From Isurus oxyrinchus (Eukaryota), in contig JANJGN010000009.1 of the NCBI GenBank assembly GCA_026770705.1, positions 163,246,001 to 163,310,000 of the forward strand: a stretch of DNA of 64,000 nucleotides, given 5' to 3'. Shown piece after piece: positions 23,851 through 36,130 of this stretch; within the stretch, counting starts at the first letter, position 1; every line of letters starts with the position of its first letter. Below the pieces are notes generated by a model that did not search any database, was not told where the DNA came from, and saw only the letters and a list, made by a program, of their open reading frames with translations. Position numbers and translations under genes: made by a program.

Positions 23851-24539
23851 CATTTGACCCACCTTCTTCTCCAGAACCAGATCCACCAATGCCCTCTTCC
23901 TCAATGGAGTGGAAAAATACTCATGTGGAAAATTCCTGAACATCTTCCCCCTCTCTACCCTTTACATTATTACTCCCCCAGCTTATATGAGGATTATTAA
24001 AGTCTCCCATTATAATACTCTATTGTTTATATAGTTCATTCACATTAAATTGATTATCTGGTACCACTTCCCAGATTGTCTATTTTTTATTCCTTTGTGG
24101 CAACTTGCCTCTTTATTTGCTTGTTAACGAATAGGAAGACATGAATTGACAGGGACCAATGGGAGATGCACAGTGGTTGGTTAATTGGTTACAGTCTGCT
24201 TTGTATGTGTGGGATTGGCAGTGGAGAATGAGAGAAGCCATTGGGTATAGTTGTTAGAATGGTCCAGTGCTTGTCACTAACTAAACTGCTAATGGGCATC
24301 TCTGGTATCCCAGCAGCAATGAGCAACTAATGGTCCATTGATCTTCCCTCTCCTCCTCCATCCTGAAAGGTTATGGAACTGATGAGATTAAATGCATTTA
24401 AAATGAAGATCAGCACTACTCCAAATGTGTGGCGGAACTGACTCAATGGGTTGAATGGCCTAATGCCTTTCCTAATTCCTGTCACCCATCTTAATTTTTC
24501 AATGGATCTGGGAGTTTGAGTAGACAAGTGCCCAAGGAC

Positions 24540-25839
24540 AGACTTATCAGCGGTGACATTTCAAAGGGAGACTGTCCAGTAGCCAAGCAAATTTTGGCCT
24601 AACCTGTTTCTGAAAGCAATGGCAGCTTCTCACAATTATGCGTTCCGGGGAAACATACCATTTCGATGGCGAGCAGGCTCTGATTCACCTGTCACACCGT
24701 TACCTCACTGCTTCACCACGCCAGGCACCACATTTAAAGTAGAGCTGTGCACATACCTCTCAGTGCTTCTAGCCCAGGACTGTGGCAAAGAAGACCTGGC
24801 CCCTCCCGAAAGGCAGAAAGACTGCAGCCCCCAGGTTTAGTGTCGCATCCTACGAGCGCCTTTTGGATGCTGTGGAGTCCCGCCATGATGTCCTTTACCC
24901 CCGCTCTGTCTGCAGGAGGGGCAGCAACAATACCACACTGGCTTGGTAGACGATAGTATTGGTGATCAATGCTGCACAGAAGAGGTTCACTATCCAATGT
25001 AGATAGCGGATGATTGATCTCTTCCATGCCACCAGGGTAAGGCACCCATCTCATCACTCTGAACTCACAGGCTCAAGTCCATCACACATTCCCTGGCATC
25101 TCATTCACTGCCAGCTCAAGGGACATCAACACCCACTCCCACACACATATCCTCACATATCCAACTGGCCTCATCTCTTCTGGAGACTGCCTTCTCTGTC
25201 CTCACCACCTTGAGGCCACTCGCACAGGTCAACATGTGCCCCCCCCCCACCCCCCCACACACCCTGGGATACCCTCCTTTCCCAGAACTGGTTTTGCCCT
25301 GCAGCCTCTTCCTTTGCCTGAGACCACTTCTCCCCTTTCGCAAACCCGAACCCTACAGCTATTGAAAGGCCAACCCTGCCTTATGGCTGGTCTGGTAGGT
25401 AGAGACCTGCCCATGAGCCCCCTAAAGGTGATGTGGCACTGTCTATGAAGCCTGGCGCTGATGACTGTGAGTGCTGACCGATGCAAGGTAGGCAAACAAA
25501 CCTCGAGGTCCCGAGTGAAGTGCAGCCTGCCAGGTGCACGCCTTATAAATGCTGTTGTGAAACACGTTGGCGTTTTTACCCACCGTTGGTGAACGATCCA
25601 GCATGGGGTGGGGGGGGTGGTATGATTCAGGCGGGCTGGCCTCATAATGATATGCAGGTGTATTACAATGAGGTTCCTGACATCCGATGTTGGGAAATAC
25701 GACCTGTCATTGATGGGCTGAGCAGATGGTCGCAAACTGGTTTCACAACGTTGTGAAGCTGAGTTTTGGCCTTCTCACCATATTGTCCACTCACTCAGCT
25801 GAGCAGGTCCGATACCAGCGGGCACAGAAAATTTCACCC
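24540..25839 (+). mobile_element. Non-autonomous Harbinger derivative with a Myb/SANT-like exon remnant
   Basis: gcagcccccaggtttagt...gatgtcctttacccc...ggatgattgatct; right end gaaaatttcaccc; homologous to 38501-39763. The left boundary is approximate. Confidence 0.65.
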
Positions 25840-26062
25840 TGGTTTCCCAGTTACATACATAACCCCCACTCCTCCGTTAATGTTCGGGCCCAAGTATCCA
25901 TTTTAGCTGTAGTTAAATGGAACTAATCACAATTTCACTCCCTGTCTAATCCGCAAAAGATGTCACAGATATCTGCCAATCTCTATCCTCCTTTTCTGCT
26001 GTGCTTATCCACGATTCTATCCAACTGGTTCACATTCGAAGGACAAACAATTAAACAGCATT

Positions 26063-26308
26063 AAAAACAAAAAAACTGCGGATGCTGGAAATCCAAAACA
26101 AAAACAAAAACACAATTACCTGGAAAAACTCAGCAGGTCTGGCAGCATCGGCGGAGAAGAAAAGAGCTGACATTTCGAGTCCTCATGATCCTTCGACAGA
26201 ACTTGAGTTCGAGTTCAAGAAAGAGTATTTCAACTCTTTCTTGGACTCGAACTCAAGTTCTGTCGAAGGATCATGAGGACTCGAAACGTCAACTCTTTTC
26301 TTCTCCGC
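26063..26308. mobile_element. Palindromic PLE mini-insertion with two hammerhead motifs (26165-26203 on -, 26256-26294 on +)
   Basis: 15-bp TSD caattaaacagcatt (26048-26062, 26309-26323); 77-bp inverted arms with a 6-nt loop. Confidence 0.9.
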
Positions 26309-26588
26309 CAATTAAACAGCATTGTTACCCGTTAATGAGAAATTGTTGGCACTGAATTTCATTTGTTCTGTATCATTGCTGTTGTCCTGATTTGGAGTCC
26401 TGCTATGCTCTGATGTAATAACAGACGTGGTAATTCAGACTGCGAGGAGGATGGAGAGATACGGAGAGCTCGATGTGTGATTCCAACATGACAGGTCCTG
26501 GAAGAGATGTAGAAGTGAAGGTAATAGAAAAGTATTTGATTTTTTTGGACACTCAGTCAGCATCTGAATGTTTGTTTCTTTCCCACAG

Positions 26589-26912
26589 AATTCGTGTCTG
26601 TTCCTCAACTCAAATTTTCATCACCACCAAATGTCTCATGTTCTGGGGGTTCAGTGTCTGTCTCCTGTGAGTCTGTCCAGGGATCCCTTCCCATTCAGTA
26701 CACATGGTACGAGAAGACCCTGTCTGAAGATTCAAAGATCTCTGACACCAATAAACTGGATCTACATTGTGAAACCTTCAAACAGCAACATCATCAATAT
26801 TACTGCACAGCCTCAAATAATCAGGGAGAAAAATCCAGTGAAATGGTTAATGTGTCAGTCTTCAAAATAGCAGTTGAAAACTGCACTTATGTCACACAAA
26901 TCAGCAGCCTTG
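26589..26912 (+). CDS. Receptor exon 5, Ig C2-type domain 2
   Basis: Acceptor tttctttcccacag; 65/70 aa identical to the exon 3 core; phase-1 donor G|gtaagt. Confidence 0.92.
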
Positions 26913-27419
26913 GTAAGTGTTACTGTAAACATACAATATTGTAACAGGATGTTTAGTTAATGTTTATACAAACTGTTTGCTGGTTACGTTCCTAAGGTCA
27001 CTTTGAGTAACTGCAACTGACAAATTTCACTCTGCTTGGTCCTGCTGAACTCTGCTGAACAAGGCCACTGATTTGAATTTTCATTGAAAGTATCAGGATC
27101 ATAAAATATCCCCAAAACATGTGTAAACATTGCAGATACTCTAGTAATCCCATGAAAATGAAATAGAGTTTGATTGACAAAGTCTCAATTAATCAATATT
27201 CCTATTGCTAGGAGATTCAGTTGTGAATTGTGCTGTTGTGGCCTAATTTAGGAAGGAAGGTAAGTATAGAATGTTGAAGAGTTAATCTAAAATTACAGTG
27301 TGTTAAGAGGTTTTACTTGCAAAATGAAAGAAAGGTCTTGCATTTTTATTGTGCTTTTCACAACCACCGGACTTCTCAAAGCACTTTACAGCCAGGGAGC
27401 AGGCAGATGGGACCTCAGT

Positions 27420-29530
27420 TTAGGAACATAGGAACAAGAGAAGGCCATTCAGTCCATCGAGCCTGCTCCGCCATTCAATACGATCATAGTTGATCAAACA
27501 CTTCAATGCCTTTTACTCACACTATCCACATAACCATTTAGGTTATTGTTAATCAGGAATCTTTCAATCTCTACCTTAGATACAGTCAGACTGAGTTTCC
27601 TGAGGCGGAAAATTCCAAAGATTCACAGTCCTCTGAACAAAATAAAATTCTCCTCATTTCGGTCCTGAGTGGCTTCCCCCATATTTTGAAATTGTGTCCC
27701 TGGTTCTAGACTCCCCAACCAGGGGAAACATCTTACCTGCATCTGCCCTGCTTTTCCTTTCGGTATTTTAGAGCATTCAATGAGTTCACCTCTCATTCTT
27801 TGAAGCTTGAGAGAATACAGACCCAGTTCACAGAATCGCAGAATCACAGGATCACAGAATTTTAACTGCACAGAAGGAGGCCGTGCGACTCATCGTGTCT
27901 GTACCAACTCTCCAAATGAGCAATATGACCTAGTGCCATTGCCCTGCCTTTTCCCTGTACCTCTGCACATTGTTTCTATTTAAACAATCATCTAATGCCC
28001 TCTTTAATGCCTCGATCGAACCTGACTCCACCACACTTCCAGGCCGTGCATTCCAAACCCGAACCACTCATTGTGTGAAAAAGTTGTTTCTCAAGTAACA
28101 TTTGCTTCTTTTGCAAATCACTTTAAATCTGTTCCCTCTTGTTCTTGATCCTTTTATGAGGAGGAACAGCTTCTCCCTATCTACTCTATCCAGTCCAGAT
28201 TTTGAACATCTCTATCAAATCGCCTCTTAGCTTTCTTCTCTCCAAGGAGAACAGTCCAGCCTCTCCAATCTATCTTTGTAACTGAAGTTTCTCATCCCTG
28301 GACCCGTTCTTGTAAACCTCTCCTGCACTCTCTCCACATCCTTCCTATAATGTGGCACCCAGGACTGTACACAATACTCCAGCTGAGGTCTCACAAGTGT
28401 CCTATATAAATTCAGCATAACCTCCCTGCTCTTGTTCGCAATGTCCCTATTGATAAAGCCCAGGATACTATATGCTTTATTAACTGCTCTCTCCACCTGT
28501 CCTGCCACCTTCAATGATCTATGCACATGTACACCTAAGTCTTTCTGCTCCTGCACCCCCTTCAAAATTTCACCCCCAATTTTAAATTGTCTGTCCATGT
28601 TCTTCCTCCCAAAATTCATCAATTCACATTTCTCACCATTGACCTTCATCTGCCACCTATCTGCCCACTCCACCAACTTGTCTATGTCCTGTTGAAGTTC
28701 TACACTGTCCACCTCGCAGTTCACAACATTCCCAAGCTTCGTATCATCCGCAAACTTTGAAATTGTCCCCTGCACAACAAGATCTAGATCATTAAAATAG
28801 ATCAGGAAAAGCTCAGGTTCCAGTACCGACTCCTGGGGACCTCCACGACAAACCTTCCTCCAACCCGAAAAATATCCATTGACCATTACTCTCTGCTTCC
28901 TACTTTTCAGCCAACTTTACATCCATGTAGCTACTGTCCCTTTTATTCCATGAGCAATAAATTTTCTCACAACTCTGTTGTGTGGCACTGTATCAAATGC
29001 CTTTTGAAATTCCATGTACACCACATCAACAGCAGTATTTTCATCAATCTTTTCTGTTACCTCTTCAAAAAACTCCAGCAAGTTAGTTAAACACGATTCC
29101 ACCTTTAGAAATCCAAGATGAATCTTCCTTATGAACCCATGTTTTTCCGTGTGACTACTAATTCTATCCCGAATAATTGTTTCTAGAATCCTGTTCTCCA
29201 CTGAAGTTAAACTGACTGGTCTGTAAGTGTTGGGCTTATACTTACTACCTTTTTTGAGCAAGGGCATTATGTTTGTAATTCTCCATTCCTCAGGCACCTC
29301 CCTTGAGGGTCTAGGGAAGACTGAAAGAGGGCCAGTGCCCCTTCAATTTCTATTCTCACTTCCTTCAATATCCTTGGGTGTACCTCGTCCGGTCCTGGTG
29401 CCTTGTCAACTTTAAGTACCAACAGTCTATTCAACACTTCCTCCTTATCAAATTTGAACCCTTCTAGTGATAAGTGTTTCCCCGTCTGTCACCACGGCCT
29501 GGGTAGCATCTACCTCCGTGGATGCAAAGT
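27420..29530 (-). mobile_element. CR1 LINEs: HER1-like 3' end (about 27420-27830) and a longer RT fragment (about 27830-29530)
   Basis: ORFs 28917-29297 and 28227-28886: YRPVSLTS, DVVYMEFQKAFD, GPQESVL, KFADDTKLG. Confidence 0.9.
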
Positions 29531-30549
29531 ATGCCCCATCTCTCTTTATAAAACAGTTCCGCCAGCCCCGGAACAAGCCTGGTGAACCTTTGTTGCCCTC
29601 CCTCTATGGCAATAATATCCTTTCTGAGGTAAGGGGACCAAAACTGCACTCAGTACTCCAGTTACAGCCAAACCAAAGTTTAACATCCCATCTGAAAGAT
29701 AGCACTTCAAACAATGCAGCACACCCTCAGTACAGCACAGGAATGTTAGCTTTGATTTTGTGCTCAAATCCTGGCGTAGGACTTGAACCCACAATCTTGT
29801 GACCCCAAGATAAGAACACTACCAACAGCCAACACTAGGAAAGAAACATTAGAATAGAGGTGAAGTGATCTGCTAGAGACAATATTATTTGGGGCTTTGA
29901 ATAGATAAATTGGGACTATTTCCACGAGTCAGCGAGTGGAGAACTAAGTGGAATAAATTTAAGGTCATCACAAAAAGGACAAAGGGAGAATTTGGGTGAA
30001 TTTTAATGATGCAAATAATTGTTAGAACATGGATTGCCAACCAGAATAGGTGTTAGAAAACCGGAATAAGCGTCAGAAACAGAATCAATAATAGCATTTA
30101 AAAGGGAAGCAAAAAAGAAGCAAATTTAGGAGGGTTTGGGGAAAGGACATGGCAATGGGACTAAGTGGCGAGTTGTTTCAGGGAGCTATGGGGAACTTCC
30201 TCTTTTGCTGTAGAATTCTATCATCACAAACTGATGATCAAAATCTCAGGATTTCATGTACTGAAAACTGAATTACTCAAAGATAACATAAAACAATGAC
30301 TCTGGTTCTGATTTAAAGAGGACTTTACCCTGTTTGAATGTTTAATTTTCGTCAGAGCAGGAAGCAGTTTGTTCATCATTGCTCTCCTTGAAGAGCATCA
30401 AAATGGTCAGAAAACAAAGAAAAGCACATTTTCTCATGAGCAGCAGTACACATGCCAATAATATGACTCTGGTCACTTGCTTTAGCTGTTAGGGAAGAGC
30501 ACTATCAGCAGCAGGTAGACATGTCACCTGAAAAGTGCATTTGTGCTGT

Positions 30550-30985
30550 TGGTGCCAGAAGGGACTCAGTTGGTCGCACTCTGATGTCTGAAGTCAGTGG
30601 GTTGTGCGTTCAAGTTCTCCTTTAGAGCTAACATTTGGGTTGATACCACTGTCCAGCACTGAGATTGTGCTGTGCTGTTGGAGGTGCTATTGTCTGGATG
30701 AGATAAACTGTGGACCCAGATGTCTCTTTGGCTAAATGTAAGTGATTGCATGGCACCTTTCCAGGAAGAATAAGCAAGTTCTCCTGGGGACTTAGTAAAC
30801 ATCACCCCACAAGCTCACGGAAAAGCGGGTTACCTGGTGACTGCTGTTTGTGGGATTTTGCTGTGCACAATTTAGCTTCTGTGTTTCCCTGTATTACAAA
30901 CATGAATAAAGCACCTCATTGGCTCTGGAGCACTTTAGGATGTCCTGAGCTTGCGGAAGGTGTGGGGCCAATGCAATTTATTTTG
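30550..30985 (+). mobile_element. Deu-domain SINE
   Basis: tRNA-like head (ctcagttggtcgcactc...gttcaagt) and Deu core tgtttgtgggattttgctgtgcacaattt. Confidence 0.7.
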
Positions 30986-31017
30986 AATATTTTGAAACAA
31001 ATGATTACTTAAATCTT

Positions 31018-31186
31018 GGAAAAACTCAGCAGGTCTGGCAGCATCGGCGGAGAAGAAAAGAGTTGATGTTTCAAGTCCTATGACCCTTCGACAGAACTTC
31101 TCTGCCAATGCTGCCAGACCTGCTGAGTTTTTCCAGGTAATTCTGTTTTTGTTTTGGATTTCCAGCATCTGCAGTTTTTTGTTTTT
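31018..31186. mobile_element. Inverted-junction PLE mini-insertion with one degenerate hammerhead (31061-31098 on -)
   Basis: 14-bp TSD attacttaaatctt (31004-31017, 31187-31200). Confidence 0.88.
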
Positions 31187-31967
31187 ATTACTTAAATCTT
31201 TCCTGAGCCAATTACCTGAGTGGCTGCTGGAGATGGGGAGCCTCTCCCACTGGAAACATGGATCATTATAATTGAATGGACAGAAAACCACAGGCAGGAT
31301 TTGCAACACTCACAAACCGTGGATAAGGTTTCCTGTCATTCCTGAAGACCAAACCCAAGATACAGGAAATGACCATTACCAATATTAGTAGGTGACAGTT
31401 CAATGTGCTCATGTGACATTTGTTTATTTTAACAAAAACATTTCCTAAACAGGGAAACACCATACAAATATCAACAGCTTGTCCACTAATATCAACAGCA
31501 GTAATTTCTGGCCTGCTATTTCCCAATGCATTCAATGCACAGCTGATGCTCCTTTCCCTTCAAGGACATCTTCCCCGGGCAGAATCACGGTTGCTGGGTC
31601 CCCGGAGGCACATCTTCCAGTGGTGGTAGAGGCTGGCTGGAACTTTATGTTTGCACAGAGGTAAAGGGGGATATCTGGATTGTAGTCCACCAACCTGAGC
31701 CCTTTAACTGGTCCAATAGTAACCGCATACCACCAACTGTCAAATATGGGAATGAAATAGAAGTTATCAGTAAAAGTGGGTTGATGCTGGGTCTGAACAT
31801 CATCTCTCGCTGCTACCCAGAGGGGGAAATTACACAGAAATTAAACCTAGCAAATCCATTTTATCAACCAGGTGTTTCCTCAAGTATTGAGGTGACACTT
31901 AGCTAAATTGCTCTCTTGGTTAAATGAAAATGAGGTTAATCTGAATATTATTTCCTTGTTTCAATAG

Positions 31968-32046
31968 GACCTGAAAATCCTTGTGAGGCTTCAATAACAT
32001 CACCACATTCCTCAAGGACAAATGCAATTTCCAAATTTGCTAAATG
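31968..32046 (+). CDS. Receptor exon 6, Ser/Thr/Pro-rich stalk (GPENPCEASITSPHSSRTNAISKFAK)
   Basis: Acceptor tttccttgtttcaatag; phase 1 in and phase 2 out (TG|gtatga), which is what is needed to put the TM exon in frame. Confidence 0.8.
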
Positions 32047-32519
32047 GTATGATGTTCTCATTGTTAGTGTTTGATTGACATGACTTCCATGGGAGTGATT
32101 AAATCCTCTTTAACAACTTTGGAATAAGGATGGATAACATTTGTTGACCTGGATCTTCGGCAGAGCAGCAATCATCACTGGATTGACGCTCCGCTTGAAC
32201 CTTTCCACCGCTAGACTTGGTTCTGCATTTATTGACTGGTCTCCTGAGCCTGGCTCCTCCAGAGATGCATAGTGCAGCATCCCTTGGAGAACTCCATTGC
32301 AGCGCTGCAGTGTCGCGGGTGGGGAGGGTGGTAGGTGGGTAGAAAGGCAAGTGGCTGAGGTGGTAGGTGGGTGAGATGGCAGGTGGGTGATGTGGCAGGT
32401 CAGTAGGGTGGTAGGTGGGTAAGATGGCAGGTTAGTAGGGCGGCAGGTGATAGGATTGGAGGTCAGTAGGGTGGCAGGTTGGTAGGGAGAGGTGTTGTAT
32501 TTGGGGAGGTCAAACAAGG

Positions 32520-33500
32520 CCAAGGATTACAAAATAAATGGGAGGAGACTGAGAGCTGTAGAGAAGTGAGAAACCATGGGGTGAATATCCACAGGTCCCG
32601 AAAGGTAGCAGGACAGATTGATAAGGTGTTTAAGAAGGCACATGGAATCCTTTCATTTATTAGCCGAGACATAGAATATAAGAGCAGGGAGATTAAGATG
32701 AGTACTGTGTGCTATTTTGTTATCTTATCACAGAAAGGATGTAGTTGCATTAGAGAGGGTACAGAGGAGATTTACCAGGATGTTGGCAGGACTGGAAAAT
32801 TTCAGCTATGAGGAAAAATTGGATAGACTGAGGTTGTTCGGCTTGGAACAGAGGAGGCTGAGGGAGATTTGATTGAGATGTACAAAATTGTGAGGGGCCT
32901 GGATAGAGTTGATGGTAAGGGCCTTTTCACTTTAGCAGAGTCATCGGTGAGTAGGGATGATAGATTTAAAGTGATTGGTAGAAAGATAAGCAGGGAGATG
33001 AGGAAAGGTTTTTTCACTCAGAGGGTTGTGGGGCCTGGGACTCACTGCTTGAAAGGCTGGTAAAGGCAGAAACCCTCAACTCATTTAAAAGGTAAAAGCA
33101 AAAAACTGCGGATGCTGGAAATCCAAAACAAAAACAAAAATACCTGGAAAAACTCAGCAGGTCTGACAGCATCTGCGGAGAGGAACACAGTTAACGTTTC
33201 CAGTCCGTATGACTCTTCAACAGAACTAAGGAAAAATAGAAACGAGGTGAAAGGAATATATTTCACCTCTTTTCTATTGTTCCTTAGCTCTGTTGAAGAG
33301 TCATACGGACTCGAAACGTTAACTGTGTTCCTCTCCGCAGATGCTGTCATTTAAAAGGTATCTGGGTATACACCTGGAGTGCTGTAACCTCAACGAGCCA
33401 AATACTGGAAGGTGGGGTTAGGCTCGTTTTTTGATTGGCGCAGACACGATGGGCCGAGTGGACTCTTTCTGTGCTGTAAATGTTCTATGAATCTATGAAC
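32520..33500 (+). mobile_element. CR1 LINE 3' fragment, interrupted by a PLE mini-insertion
   Basis: KKAHGILSFISRDIEYKSRE, LIEMYKIVRGLDRVD; 3' ttctatga repeats. Confidence 0.8.
33095..33346. mobile_element. Palindromic PLE mini-insertion with two hammerhead motifs (33189-33227 on -, 33286-33324 on +)
   Basis: 14-bp TSD tcatttaaaaggta (33081-33094, 33347-33360); inverted arms around loop 33253-33260. Confidence 0.9.
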
Positions 33501-33534
33501 AAACACTGTCCCTTGTCTATTCTCTGTTTCACAG

Positions 33535-33623
33535 TCTGATTTACAGTGTGCTCGGAGTGCTGGGGGGCATTCTTGTGGTGATTGCTGTTTCTCTACTTCT
33601 GTACCTGAGGCAAATCAAGAAGG
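33535..33623 (+). CDS. Receptor exon 7, transmembrane (CLIYSVLGVLGGILVVIAVSLLLYLRQIKK)
   Basis: Acceptor tctctgtttcacag; uncharged hydrophobic run followed by basic residues; donor G|gtgagt. Confidence 0.9.
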
Positions 33624-33921
33624 GTGAGTATCTATTTCTCTTTAATCATTTCATTATATAGCAATCATTTGCTGCAGAATAGAAAGAGAACGTAGTTTGT
33701 TGTAATCAACAAACATCGATGATTGTCGTATCCTGCACATTCTAGTCTAGATGCATTAAACATGGGAGAATATTTAAGTTGTTGCTGCTGTTAAGAAACA
33801 ATCCCTGAACTCTGGAGGAAGTAAAACTCAATATGGATTTTGAACGGTAGAGATTTGTGGCAGGAAATGATTTGGTCAAAGTGAATTATAAATGGGCCTT
33901 GGTCTGTCAACTGTTAGACTG

Positions 33922-36130
33922 AGGGTGGAATCACCCCAGATTTGTGCTAAGTGCAGTAGCGGGCAGGTAAAATGATGTTTTACCCGCTGGCCGGAATGGT
34001 GGCTTTTCACTACCTATTGTCCCAAGCCCACGGCGTTAATTATTCATTCCTGAGGAACACGCCATTTCCATGGTGGGTGGGCACTCATTCACTTATCACG
34101 CCATCACTTCTCTGCTTCATCACACCGGGCGCCATATTTAACGCGCGTACACCTCTCAGTGCCTCCGACTCATGACTGCTACATGGCCCAAAAAGGCAAA
34201 AGGACTTCAGCCTCCATGTTCAATGATGCTTCTGGACACAGGGGAGGTTCACCATGATGTCCTCTACCCCTGCTCTGGCCGCAAGTTGGGCAGCAACCTC
34301 ACGAATCCAACTTTGGAGGAGGTGGCAGCGGTGGTCATCGCCAATGCCCTGGAAAAGAGGACAACCATTCGGTGCCGATTAAAGGATGAATGGTCTCATC
34401 CATTCTGCCAAGGTAATTCACTCTTCGCATCATTCTCAACTCACAGACTCACAAACCTATCATACATCTTCAGGGATCTCACACCTCAAGGGACAACACC
34501 ACTAACTCTCACACACACCCTCACATCTCCATCAGGTTCATACCTTCTTGAGCTCGTGAACTCAGCCTATCGATGGCTCCAGAGCAGACACAAACATTCC
34601 ACGTAATGCCATGTGTCCTGCTTACACTGTTTCCATGCAGGAAAAGCCTGCTCACATCAGCAGGGAGAGGCCCCAGACCGGGAGTGGAGTGGCCCACATT
34701 AGGCCCCTCACTCACTTGTGCCATCGCGCTGACTGGTGAGGCCGTGGACTGTGCCCGCCGTGATGGTGAGTTCACCAGCGAACACCCTCGTAAGGAACCT
34801 GCACCCCATCATCCCTCTCTCAATGCAACTGTGAGTGTCTCTCTCTCCTGATTTTGACTCTGCTGCCCTGCAATCATTATCTCTACGTTGGTTCAACGTA
34901 GACAATTTCATCATCACTTTTACCAATCTCAACTTTTTACTTCCAAATTCTCACATTTCCATAGTGTGATTTCGATTCCCAGACATCTGGATTACTTATC
35001 AACTAACTCAACCACCATATGAAAGCATTGGGAGCTCTGCCAAGTGACCGACACCCTCAGCCAGCCAGTCCCTCAGGTCCATCCAGGTCCTCACCTCCAG
35101 CCAAGAGGACACCTCCTCCTCCATTGAAGAGCTGGAAATAAGCAGCCTGGAAGACCCATCACAGTGTTTACCAACACTCTACACCAGTGCAGAGACACAC
35201 ACCTCGGTGGGACCTAGATCTAGAGCAGGCTCAGGTTCACAATCTGGTGGTCACCACAAGGACACATAGGCTCATAGACTTTTACAGTGCAGAAGGAGGC
35301 CATTCGGCCCATTGTGTTCATGCCGGTCAACAAAGATCTGACCACACGAATCCCATTTTCCAGCGCTTGGCCCCTAGCCCTGGAGCCTACTGCAACGCAA
35401 GTGAATATCTAAATACTTCTTAAATATTACAAGAGTTTCTGATTCTACCACCGTTTCAGGCAGTGAGTTCCAGACTCCCACCACCCTCTGGGTGAAAAAA
35501 TTTCTCCGCAACTCCCCTTTTAGACTTCTACCTCTTACTTTAAATCTATGCCCCCTGACTATTGGCACATGTCTGCAGCAGCAGGAGGCAGGTTCAACCG
35601 AGCTCCCAGCACTTGGAGGACTGCTGGGGATCAGGCACCTGTAAGGTCCAAGTCAAATGATGAGCCTCTAGATTTGGCCATTCAACTGGCCCTGGAGAGT
35701 CAGCAGAAGGTGCGGGAACATCACACAGAGCTGTTGGAAACCCTCAGCAGAATGGCACGCGGGTCGGAGGAGTGCATCCACCTGCTCTCTGATGAAGTGG
35801 TGTCCACGTGTGCCTGTATGGAGGTCCTCATGAGGAGGATGGCGGATGCCATGGAGACCCTGGTCCGGCAGAACACGGAAATGTGTGCAAATGAGTTCCT
35901 GCAGTGGCAACGCGAGAGGGAAGCAGGGCACCTCGGTGTCTCTCCAGGTGCTCCTTCCCCTCAAGGAGTCAGGCTGGGGACTCCGAGCATCCGAAGGGAG
36001 GAAGAGCAGCAGCTGGACACCCCTGGGTCATCCATTCAGGAATCTCAGATGTAGTCCTCTACCTCCAAGTCCCCTTTGCCTGTGAGCCCCTCAACCTCGT
36101 CCTCTGTCACCGCAGAGGAAGCAGCTGGCC
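33922..36130 (+). mobile_element. Harbinger derivative with Myb/SANT-like gene remnants, interrupted by a CR1 3' end (about 35265-35560)
   Basis: Left terminus agggtggaatc; DVLYP...WEEVA-like remnant; coiled-coil exon remnant at 35548-36054. Confidence 0.6.

Larger units (their letters stand above)
22030..24020 (-). mobile_element. CR1 LINE endonuclease-region fragment interrupted by a solo LTR
   Basis: Minus-strand QLGNSDHNTIMF on one side and LVDLVLEKKVGQ on the other side of the insertion. Confidence 0.7.

Noticed and set aside
32300-32490. Repeats of ggtaggtgggt/gatggcagg
   Set aside because: Degenerate simple G-rich repeat without unique spacers; not a CRISPR-like array.
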